A stretch of DNA of 64,000 nucleotides from an uncultured Chloroflexia bacterium (GTDB lineage: Bacteria > Chloroflexota > Anaerolineae > CG2-30-64-16). A program made the position numbers and the translations under genes. The stretch is from contig CAWEMM010000013.1 of the NCBI GenBank assembly GCA_963810095.1, forward strand, positions 116,355 to 180,354, read 5' to 3'. Positions 47,866 through 56,541 of this stretch are shown piece by piece (position 1 is the first letter of the stretch; the number at the start of each line of letters is the position of its first letter). The notes below the pieces were generated by a model. The model was not told the origin of the DNA and made no database searches. It saw only the letters and a list, made by a program, of their open reading frames with translations.

Positions 47866-48781
47866 TTAACCATTCCCCGTCGGAGGGTTCGCATTCGGCG
47901 TCGTTTCCCCGCGTGGCAGGGCGGGGCTGCGACGGTCCAGCGCGGCCAGCCACGCGGCAAAGTAGCCGATCGTGAGCGCGGTGAAGACGGCCCCGCCCGG
48001 CAGCCACATGATCATACCGGCCAACTGCTGGTCCTGCAGCGGGGTCAGACCCCAGGCGGCAGTCAGGGGTGCATAGTAGGGATACCACAGCTGAGAACTG
48101 AACGTGATCAGCGCACCGAGGACGCCGCTTTGCAGGGTCGTGGTGAAGAGATACGCGACGGCAAACCCCAGGCGGACGTGGGCCGGCCGGGTCCGCTCGA
48201 GCAGCACCCACCAGAAGAGCAGGGCGCCGAGCAGCAGGGTGAGATGCTCGACGGCGTGCACCGTCTCGTTGCGCAGCGCGGCCTCGTAAAGTGCGGGCAG
48301 GTGCCAGCCCCACAGAACGACCGCGAAGATCAGCCACGCGACGGGCGGGCTGGACAGGGCACGCCACACCCGGCTCACGCCCCTGCCATGGGCCGCCCGG
48401 TCCGACGCGGCGGGCCCATGGGGCAGGCAATGCCCAGAGCACCGCCAGGGGGAGGGCAGCCATGAGGAGCAGCGGCGCGGCGAGAAGCATGAGCAGCAGG
48501 TGCTGGACCATGTGCGCGGCGAAGAGTGAACCGCTGAGAGCGTCGAGCGGCGACATGAGCGCCAGGGCCAGGACGAGCAACGCGGCGACAAACGCAAGGC
48601 ATTCGCGTAATCGTACGCCGTGCCCCCGTCCCGCCCGACGCCACACCCTGGCAGTTCCCCACCCGTAGAGAAGGATTGCCAGGGCCAGGGACACCACGAT
48701 CGCCGGCTCGAAGGTCCACGCGGCCCACAAATCGTGCGGCGCCAGGGGCTCGCCACCGTGCGGCAAGACAAAGTAGTTCAC
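47866..48781 (-). CDS. caa3-type cytochrome c oxidase assembly factor (CtaG family), frameshifted near 48401
   Basis: FAAHMVQHLLL in one frame; WHLPALY, HAVEH, DQQLAGMIMW in another. Confidence 0.85.
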
Positions 48782-48791
48782 GTCGCGTCCG

Positions 48792-50516
48792 TTACCGGCC
48801 CGAGGGCGTCATCACGGGCGTCCGCTGCTGCTCGGGCGTCGGTGTCGGCTGGTTGCTCCCCAGCCGCAGGGCAATGACGGCGGGACTGTCGCCCAGCCCA
48901 AACGGCCAGAGGATGGTATCGCCTGCGACGGCCGGCCAGGCATTGGTGCCGCCCGGCGCCTGCCACTGCCAGACGACAGAACCGTCTTTGCGGGCGAGCG
49001 CATAGATCATGCCGTCGAGCGTCGAAGTGAACACCAGGTCGTTGACGACCGTCGCGCCTGAGAAGTCCACCTTGTCGAACTGGTGCTTCCACAGGAGCTT
49101 CCCCGTGGCCGCGTCCAGTGCGACCATCTCGGAGTTGCCGCTGTCGTAGTGGGTGCCGCCTTCAGACCGGTTCAGCGCTTGCTCCGGTGTTTCCGCGTCA
49201 AAGGCCGTGGCATTGTAGGGCGACGCCAGGTTGGCGGTCAGCGCGTAGACCGTCCCGTCGGCAAAGGCCATGGGCGCTTCCACGCCCCCCCACGCGCCCG
49301 GATAGACCCATGTCGTCGAGGTATCCAGGGGCAGGGCTTGAAGATTGTCATTCTGGTGTACGCCGATGGGCGTGCTCCACAGCGTCTTGCCGGTGTCCTT
49401 ATCAAAGCCGTACACCACGCCCAGCTTGCCGGACCCGACGACGATCTTCGTGTCTTTGCCCTGCAATTTGACGGGGACCAGCATCGGCGAAACCTGGAAG
49501 TCCAAGTTGAACAGGTCGTGCGGCTTCACCTGGTTGTAGAAAAGCATCTTGCCTGTCCGGTGGTCGAGGGCAATGAGCGAATTGCTGTAGAGGTTGGGCC
49601 CGGGCCGGCTGGAACCGTTCGGGTAATCTTTCAAACCGGGCACGGGCGACGGGTTGCCGGTCGCCCAATAGCTGACGCCGGTCTCCGTGTCGATGGCCGG
49701 CGGGAACCAGATGCCCGCGCCGCTGTTGAGCTTCGGATTGCCCCAGAACCCCTCTTCGACCCCCGTCCAACTCCAGTATTCGGTGCCGTTCTGCGGGTCC
49801 ATCTGGAACACGGTGCCGCTCGTGCCGCCCGTATACGAGTGAATCGTGATCTGGCCGTGGCCCGACGAGGCGGCCTGCGCGGCCAGGTAGACCCGGTTGC
49901 CGAACACGTAGGGCTGGAATGCGCCCGACACCAGCTTCGAGCCGTGGCTCCAGTCCCATGCCTGGACCCCGGTCTTGAGGTCCAGCGCCGAGTAGAGGTC
50001 GATCCGCGAGTTGACGAACACCTTCCCGTACCCGATGCCCGGGCCGCTCGGGCCGAAGATCTGGTTGTCGAACGTGGTCTCCCAGATCGTCTTGCCCGAC
50101 TGGAAGTCGACGGCGTACACGTTCGCCGCCAGGTCCTGGAAGTACACGACGCCATCGGAGATGACGGGGTTGCCCGTGCCCCCGCCCCACTCGGACGTAC
50201 CCTTGAGCGAGGAGGTCCAGGCGAGCCCGAGGTTCTTCACGTTGCCCGAGTTGATGGCCGAGCCCACCGCTGCACGGGTGTTGCCGTAATCGTGGTTCGC
50301 AAGCGGCCACTCTGCCTCGTGCCCCTTCACCTCGGGTGGCACGTCAAATGACGCGCTGCTGTTAGGTGCGGCCGGCTGTGCGGCCGGCGTGCCGCAGGCT
50401 GCGAGCGCCAGCAGGGTTGCGGCGAGCGCGGCTGCGGCGAGCGGGGCGAAGGACCACCTCCCGCGTCGCTCCTGCAGTCGCCGGGTTCTATGCGGCAAAA
50501 AGCGTCTTCCCGACAT
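48792..50516 (-). CDS. Lipoprotein with PQQ-dehydrogenase-type beta-propeller
   Basis: Lipobox LALAAC; Trp-docking repeats (ALDAATGKLLW); GIWFPPAID..ATGNP..NLYSNSLIALD..HDLFNLD. Confidence 0.8.
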   Translation of the reverse strand: MSGRRFLPHRTRRLQERRGRWSFAPLAAAALAATLLALAACGTPAAQPAAPNSSASFDVPPEVKGHEAEWPLANHDYGNTRAAVGSAINSGNVKNLGLAWTSSLKGTSEWGGGTGNPVISDGVVYFQDLAANVYAVDFQSGKTIWETTFDNQIFGPSGPGIGYGKVFVNSRIDLYSALDLKTGVQAWDWSHGSKLVSGAFQPYVFGNRVYLAAQAASSGHGQITIHSYTGGTSGTVFQMDPQNGTEYWSWTGVEEGFWGNPKLNSGAGIWFPPAIDTETGVSYWATGNPSPVPGLKDYPNGSSRPGPNLYSNSLIALDHRTGKMLFYNQVKPHDLFNLDFQVSPMLVPVKLQGKDTKIVVGSGKLGVVYGFDKDTGKTLWSTPIGVHQNDNLQALPLDTSTTWVYPGAWGGVEAPMAFADGTVYALTANLASPYNATAFDAETPEQALNRSEGGTHYDSGNSEMVALDAATGKLLWKHQFDKVDFSGATVVNDLVFTSTLDGMIYALARKDGSVVWQWQAPGGTNAWPAVAGDTILWPFGLGDSPAVIALRLGSNQPTPTPEQQRTPVMTPSGR

Positions 50517-50530
50517 CACCTTTACCCTAC

Positions 50531-50920
50531 CTACTGTATCTGGTGCGTGGAGACCGCGGGCGCCTGGTTGCCCCACGCATTGCGGATATACGACAGCACG
50601 GAAGCGATATCGTCGCCCGTGATTTTGTTTCCAAACCCCATCATCGACCCCTGCCCGTACTTGACGGTCTCGATGATTGGGGCAGCGTCGTGCAGCGTGA
50701 CGATCGGGTTGCCGGCCAACCGCGGATAGAGCGTCGAGAAGCCCATGCCGTTCGTCTGGTGGCACTCGGCGCAGTATTCCAGGTAGATCTGTTGGCCGTG
50801 AGCAATCCATTGCTCCGGGTGGTCCGGACGTTCGGTATATGAATTGCATCCGGCGAGCGCGATGCCCCCGATAAGCACCAACCCGATCAGCAGACCCCTT
50901 GCTGCGATCTTTCCGTTCAC
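50531..50920 (-). CDS. Monoheme cytochrome c lipoprotein
   Basis: Lipobox LAGC, CAECH, MMGF, YIRNAWGN. Confidence 0.9.
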   Translation of the reverse strand: MNGKIAARGLLIGLVLIGGIALAGCNSYTERPDHPEQWIAHGQQIYLEYCAECHQTNGMGFSTLYPRLAGNPIVTLHDAAPIIETVKYGQGSMMGFGNKITGDDIASVLSYIRNAWGNQAPAVSTHQIQ

Positions 50921-50936
50921 GGTCGTCCTCCCCGCC

Positions 50937-51353
50937 TCAACGGCACGCTTGCAAGGTGAAGATGGGGACGAACAGCCCGATCACGAACAGCAGGAAGAAG
51001 CTGTTTGCCATCATCGCGATGAACGCCAGGAGCGGCTCCCGCGCCTTCTCGGTGTCTTGCAGCATGTGCGGATTCTCCGGCGGCTTTTCCGTCTGGTAGC
51101 GCCGCCAGTCGCGGAATGGGAGATAGACGGCAGTGAGCATGAGAAGCGCGGCGATCAGTGCAATGATCGCCTGGACGACCTGGAGCCCCGAGAGGGAACC
51201 GACTTTGAACGGAAACCAGTCCCACTTGCAGGCCAGCGAGGGGAGGGCGTATACCGTATTGAGTACGATGAACCAGACGGCGATGCCCAGAAACAGGCTT
51301 GCCTTCGTCTGGCGTTCTGCGGTATCTCCCAGCAACCTGGTCACGATGCTCAT
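50937..51353 (-). CDS. Small 3-TM membrane protein of the oxidase operon
   Basis: Hydrophobic segments; position within the cox cluster. Confidence 0.65.
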   Translation of the reverse strand: MSIVTRLLGDTAERQTKASLFLGIAVWFIVLNTVYALPSLACKWDWFPFKVGSLSGLQVVQAIIALIAALLMLTAVYLPFRDWRRYQTEKPPENPHMLQDTEKAREPLLAFIAMMANSFFLLFVIGLFVPIFTLQACR

Positions 51354-51372
51354 CGTCTCACAACCCCTATCC

Positions 51373-53931
51373 TCACTTGATCAGGTATGGTGACAGGAAC
51401 ACGGTGAAGAAGATCGCCACCCATGCCGCCACGATGAAGTAGGAGCTCAAGCCGTCTACTTCCACACCCCAGTGACGTTCCTCGTTGTAGAATCCCTGCC
51501 GCGCGTGCACCAGCATGTAGAGGTTCTCGAAGATCATAATCAGGGCGAAGAGCAGGTGCATCACGATCAACACCCAGTAAGCCGACGTATACGCGTTCTT
51601 GTCCCAGTTCCAATTCAGCGAGCGCAAGTGCAGGCCAATGAAGACAAGGAAACCAGTCTCCAGGATTACCGTCAGGATCATGTTACGAATGAGGCCCTTC
51701 TGGTCGCCCTTCTTGATCGCGTGGTCGCCCAGGTAAGTCGGCACTGCGCTCGCCAGCAGCAGCAGCGTCCCGATGATCGGCAGCAGCAGCTCGGGACGGG
51801 GCACGTCGCCCGGCGGCCAGTCATTGCTGCTGGAACGAAGGTAGAAGTAGCTCGCGATCAGCGCGAGGAACTCGGTCGACTCGATCGCAATGAACAGCAG
51901 CGTCCCGTAGTAGAAGGGCGGCTTCTTGCCCGGGCCCTGGACGACGGTGCTGACTTCCTCGGCGCCTTCCGGTCCTGCTTTGACCCATGCCATCGACTTC
52001 TCGTGATGTTTGGGCCAGTGCCAGACGGCCAGCAGCCCGAGGACGACTGCGGTCCAGATGATGACCGGCACGAGATTGAACATCGCGCTGATCAGCAGGA
52101 ATGTCGTCGCCGCTGCGAGGTAGAACGGCACGAGCGTATTGCCAGGCAGAATGCTGCGCTGCTCGGGTTGCGCGTCCAGCGCCGTCGTTACCAGCACCTC
52201 TCGGCGGGTCAGGTTTTCCTTGAAGATGTAGTCGTCGACCTGCTGCGGCGTGTCCCAGAGCGGGTACCGGCTTTCGACCAGCGGCAGCGTGGCGAAGTTA
52301 TACGGCTGGGGCGGTGAGGTCGTCGCCCACTCCAACCCGCCCGCGCCCCACGGATTGTCTCCTGCCCTCTCGCCCCGTACGAGGGCACGGACCACGTTAA
52401 TGGCGAACAGCAGCACGCCGAGCGCAAGCACGAACGAGCCGACCGTCGAGATGAAGTTGAGGGCGTCCCAGCCGAGTCCGGGCTGATAGGTATAGACGCG
52501 CCTCGGCATGCCCAGCAACCCGCTGATGTGCATGGGGAAGAAGGCCACGTTGAACCCGATGATCGTGAGCCAGAAATTCCACTTGCCCAGGCGATCGCTC
52601 AGCATCCTGCCCGTCATCTTGGGGAACCAGTAGTAGATGGCCCCGAGCAGCGGAAAGACCGCGCCGCCGATCAGGACATAATGCAGGTGGGCGACGACGA
52701 AGTAACTGTCGTGCGCCTGCAGGTCGAATGGGACGGACGCAACCATGACGCCGGTAATGCCGCCGATGACGAACGTGAAGATGAAGCCCAGCACATAGAG
52801 CAGCGGCGTCTTCATGTTCAGATGGCCTTCCCAGAGCGTCGCCAACGCCGAGAAGATCTGGATGCCGCTCGGAATGCTTACGACCATGCTGGCAATCGTG
52901 AACACGCTCAGGCCGAGCGCGGGCAGCCCGGTGGCAAACATGTGGTGCACCCACAGGCCGAAGCTAATGACGGCAATCGTCACGAGCGAGATGACAAGCA
53001 ACGCGTACCCAACGACCGCCCGCCGCGAAAAGGCGGCCAGGATTTCGCTGACCATGCCCAGTGCCGGGATGAAAATGATGTACACCTCGGGGTGGCCGAA
53101 GAACCAAAACAGGTGCTGCCACAAGAGCGGATTGCCGCCCAGGTTCGGGTTGAAGAAGTTGGTGTTGATGCCTCGATCCAGCATGAGCTCGAGCGTTGCG
53201 ATTACTATCGACGGCATGGCGAAGATCACCATGAACGACGTTACCAGCATGGCCCACACGAACACGGGGATCCGGTTGAGCGACATGCCCGGCGCGCGGA
53301 ACTTGAAGATGGTGATGATCAGCTCGGACGCCGCAATCAGCGCAGACAGCTCCGTGCCGGTAATCAGGGCCGTGTAGATATCCATGCCGTAGCTGGGCGA
53401 GAAGCGCGCCTCGGTCAGTGGGGTGTAGGCGAACCAGCCGCCGTCCGGCGCGAACCCGCCGAACAGGCTGATCCAGAGCACGACGCCGGCGAACAGGTAG
53501 GCGTAGTAGCCGAACGCATTGGCCTTTGGAAACGCAACGTCGCGAGTGCCGACCATTAGCGGCACGAAGTAGATGCCGACACCGAGCATGATGGGCACCG
53601 CAAACACGAACATCATAGTCAGCCCGTGGACCGTGAAGATCCGGTTGTACTGGTCGGCGTTCAGGAAGGTGTTTTCCGGATACGCCAGCTGGATACGCAT
53701 CAGCAGCGCCGCAATGCCGGCCAGCACGAAGAAAGCAAACCCGGTGAAGATGTAACGCTTGCCGAGCTCCTTGTGGTTCACGGCCGATAGCCACCCCAGG
53801 AACCCCGGCCGCAGGGTGGGCTTCCAAGCCTCGGACAGCGCAGCAATGCGCTCAGGATCGGCGGCGCGCCCGCCAATCACGACTGCTTCAGGGCTGGCTG
53901 GCCGGTCTTCCGGCGTAAGGCTGATGCTCAC
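51373..53931 (-). CDS. ctaD: Heme-copper oxidase subunit I fused to a subunit III-like domain
   Basis: HGLTMMF, WFFGHPEVY, WVHHMF, AHLHYV; C-terminal FIAIESTEF..YFYLR. Confidence 0.95.
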   Translation of the reverse strand: MSISLTPEDRPASPEAVVIGGRAADPERIAALSEAWKPTLRPGFLGWLSAVNHKELGKRYIFTGFAFFVLAGIAALLMRIQLAYPENTFLNADQYNRIFTVHGLTMMFVFAVPIMLGVGIYFVPLMVGTRDVAFPKANAFGYYAYLFAGVVLWISLFGGFAPDGGWFAYTPLTEARFSPSYGMDIYTALITGTELSALIAASELIITIFKFRAPGMSLNRIPVFVWAMLVTSFMVIFAMPSIVIATLELMLDRGINTNFFNPNLGGNPLLWQHLFWFFGHPEVYIIFIPALGMVSEILAAFSRRAVVGYALLVISLVTIAVISFGLWVHHMFATGLPALGLSVFTIASMVVSIPSGIQIFSALATLWEGHLNMKTPLLYVLGFIFTFVIGGITGVMVASVPFDLQAHDSYFVVAHLHYVLIGGAVFPLLGAIYYWFPKMTGRMLSDRLGKWNFWLTIIGFNVAFFPMHISGLLGMPRRVYTYQPGLGWDALNFISTVGSFVLALGVLLFAINVVRALVRGERAGDNPWGAGGLEWATTSPPQPYNFATLPLVESRYPLWDTPQQVDDYIFKENLTRREVLVTTALDAQPEQRSILPGNTLVPFYLAAATTFLLISAMFNLVPVIIWTAVVLGLLAVWHWPKHHEKSMAWVKAGPEGAEEVSTVVQGPGKKPPFYYGTLLFIAIESTEFLALIASYFYLRSSSNDWPPGDVPRPELLLPIIGTLLLLASAVPTYLGDHAIKKGDQKGLIRNMILTVILETGFLVFIGLHLRSLNWNWDKNAYTSAYWVLIVMHLLFALIMIFENLYMLVHARQGFYNEERHWGVEVDGLSSYFIVAAWVAIFFTVFLSPYLIK

Positions 53932-53944
53932 GGCTGCTTCTCAC

Positions 53945-54991
53945 TCACTTCAGGGTATCCAGGTACGCCAGGAGGTTCTGCAAGTCCTCCGAGTTGATGT
54001 ACTGGTTCGGCATCAATGCGCCGGGCTTGATGTGCTGCGGGTCGACGATCCAACCGGCAAGGTTGCCCGTGTTGCGCGTCAGCGTGCCGGCCGCAATGGT
54101 CAGGCGGCTGCTGAGATGGGTCAGGTCGGGGCCCAGGTCGACGCCGCTACGGTCGATGGGCTTGTCGTCCGTCCCGCGAATGGTGTGGCAGAAGACGCAG
54201 CGGGCGCCGGTGAAGACCTGGGCGCCGGCAGACGCAGCCGGGCTGGTCGGGGACGGCGCGGGCGCTTGCTGAGCCGTAATCCAGTTGTCGAAGTCGGTCT
54301 TGCTCTGCGCCACGACCATGAAGTCCATGTGAGCGTGTTGGAGCCCGCAGAACTCCGCACACTCCCCGCGATAGACGCCTGTCTCGTCGGCCTGGAGGGT
54401 AATGTTGTTGATGCGCGTCGGGATGAGGTCCAACTTGCCGTGCAGCTCGGGCACCCAGAAGCTGTGGATGACGTCGCCCGATTCCAGGTCGACTTGCACG
54501 GGGGCGTTTACGGGCATGTGGATCTCGTTCGCCGTGATCACCCCTGCGTCCGGGTACTGGACTTCCCACCACCAACGCCGGCCGATGACCTTGATGTGCA
54601 CCGTCTTCTGGTCCTTCTCGCGCTGAACGGCTGCCAGCGTATAGGTGCTGTAGCCGAAGACGATCGTCAGGACGATGAGCGGGAGGATCAGGCCGCCGCG
54701 GGTGATCCACTTGCGGCCGGTGTCTCCGCCGTGGCTTTCCGGCGTGGTGGTGTTGTCGCCGCGGCGGCGCCGGCTCAATGCCGCGAACAGCAGCCCGACG
54801 ACGAGGAGCCAGATCACCGCGCCCAATCCAAACATGACCCACCATAGGCTGGCCAGGTGGGCGGCCGCGGGACCTTGCGGCTGGAGCGCAGAAGGCGTTT
54901 TGGCAGGGCTGATCGGTGCAGCCGCACAGGCTGCCGAAAGCACCAGTACGATCACACCCGCAACGTAGCGAACAAGGCGCTTGGTCGTCAT
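53945..54991 (-). CDS. coxB: Cytochrome c oxidase subunit II with fused cytochrome c (caa3-type)
   Basis: DVIHSFW, CuA CAEFCGLQHAHM, CVFCH, KPGALMP. Confidence 0.95.
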   Translation of the reverse strand: MTTKRLVRYVAGVIVLVLSAACAAAPISPAKTPSALQPQGPAAAHLASLWWVMFGLGAVIWLLVVGLLFAALSRRRRGDNTTTPESHGGDTGRKWITRGGLILPLIVLTIVFGYSTYTLAAVQREKDQKTVHIKVIGRRWWWEVQYPDAGVITANEIHMPVNAPVQVDLESGDVIHSFWVPELHGKLDLIPTRINNITLQADETGVYRGECAEFCGLQHAHMDFMVVAQSKTDFDNWITAQQAPAPSPTSPAASAGAQVFTGARCVFCHTIRGTDDKPIDRSGVDLGPDLTHLSSRLTIAAGTLTRNTGNLAGWIVDPQHIKPGALMPNQYINSEDLQNLLAYLDTLK

Positions 54992-54999
54992 GCCGGGGC

Positions 55000-55416
55000 T
55001 CACTTTTTCAGCCTGAGCCAGTCGAACGGGCTCGGCTGATAATAGAGATAGGAGGCGATGGCGCGCGCCTGGTCCTCGCTCACCCCCAGGTTCGGCATGG
55101 CTGTGCCGGGCTCGACGCCTTGCGGGTCGTGAATCCACTGGGCCAGGTTGTCCTGCGTGTTGGCCAGGCGACCGGCGATATAGCTGCGCTGCCAGAAGTG
55201 ATCGAGGGGAGGCGCGGCCAGCGAGTGCGCCCCAGACACGCCGGGAACGGTGTGACACGCGCCGCAGCCGTAAGTGGCAATGAGCAGCCGGCCCGCTTCG
55301 ACCTGAGAGTTGTACGAGGTGCGCGGCTCAGGGACGCCGTTAACGCCCCCTGCGCACGCTGAGAGGAGCACGACAGTAAGCAATGCCAAACCGGTCAATA
55401 CGACGCGCGATCCCAT
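55000..55416 (-). CDS. Monoheme cytochrome c lipoprotein
   Basis: Lipobox LSAC, GCGACHTVPG, PGTAMP. Confidence 0.9.
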   Translation of the reverse strand: MGSRVVLTGLALLTVVLLSACAGGVNGVPEPRTSYNSQVEAGRLLIATYGCGACHTVPGVSGAHSLAAPPLDHFWQRSYIAGRLANTQDNLAQWIHDPQGVEPGTAMPNLGVSEDQARAIASYLYYQPSPFDWLRLKK

Positions 55417-56214
55417 TTCAGGCACCCACTCGCCCCGATGATCAATACGACTCACAGAACCGACTCTATCCTATTCATCTCCGTACATCTGCATAAACGC
55501 CCGAGTTGTATTGAATGTGCCAGTTCTGTTAAAGATCGTACTTATGGTGTAGAGGCACCAGAAAGACAGGCATTTCCGGGGGTGGTCAGCCGGGGGAGTG
55601 GTTCATGCTGCGCCGTGGGTTTCTCCCGGGGGAGTAGTTGCGCACCGTGGGAGCGGCTTGCTTGCCGCTCTGCCGTTCGGATGCGAGCGAGGAGCGCCTT
55701 TGGCCGCCGGGCAGCCACGATCACGCCTCAGGGTCCTGCCGGTGCGGGGTGTTTTCGTTGGCGAGCCCGGCGCGTGGCCGGTGTCGGACTACGGGCGCAA
55801 GGCGCGGCCGGCGCTCCCCTGGGTCAAGAATCGATGTCGTATACCACAGTACGTGAGAATGAGAACGCGTGGTTCCGGCACTATTCTGGAGTTATTGAGA
55901 ATCATGTTTCGAAGTTAGTGAGAATAGGTAGGCATTTGTACCGTAAGTCTTGAGAATTAGTAAAGGCAACTCCGTGGCGCGAAATGCAGTTGGCTCGCCT
56001 CTCTTACCCGGGACTGGGCAGCGCCAGGAGCGAGGCCGCAAGGACGAGGACCACGATTAGGACACGAGTTCTTCCTCGAATCAGAACTGCCCGGGGCAGC
56101 TTGAAGCAGCCTGCCCCGGGGGCGGCCTGCCACAGCAGTTCTGTCGAAAGCGAAGAACGCCGGCTCGCTTTGCGAGGCCTGTCTCGCTCTGCGGCGCAGC
56201 CTGGCCCTGTGACG

Positions 56215-56398
56215 CTAATGGATCGGAGCCAAACGCATCGGACTGGCCTCCAGTTGCAGCAACATCTCAGGCTCCCGCGCAGTCAACTTGCGCATCGACT
56301 CCACACTGAAGGGCCGGCGCTCGACCTCCCATTCGTCGGCCCGTTCCATCAGCACCGCACCGACTTAGCGCACCACCGACGACTCATCGGGGGAAGAC
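56215..56398 (-). pseudogene. C-terminal remnant of an IS256-family transposase
   Basis: Manual translation VFP/DESSVVR*VGAVLMERADEWEVERRPFSVESMRKL resembles the IS256 C-terminal pattern; internal stop and frameshift. Confidence 0.75.
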
Positions 56399-56541
56399 AG
56401 ACACAGGCGCAGCGGTGGAGTAGATCTACGCCCCGCTATGATTCTAGCCGAGATCGTCGGCGCCTGATATACTTACCAGTTGTGGATGCCAGTTTGAGCC
56501 CTTTTTGAAGCTTCGTAAGACCCGTCAGGAAAAGCAAGCCC

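Noticed and set aside
55438-56508. ORFs 55438-55953 and 55984-56508 as genes
   Set aside because: No motifs, atypical composition; the second is antisense to the IS remnant
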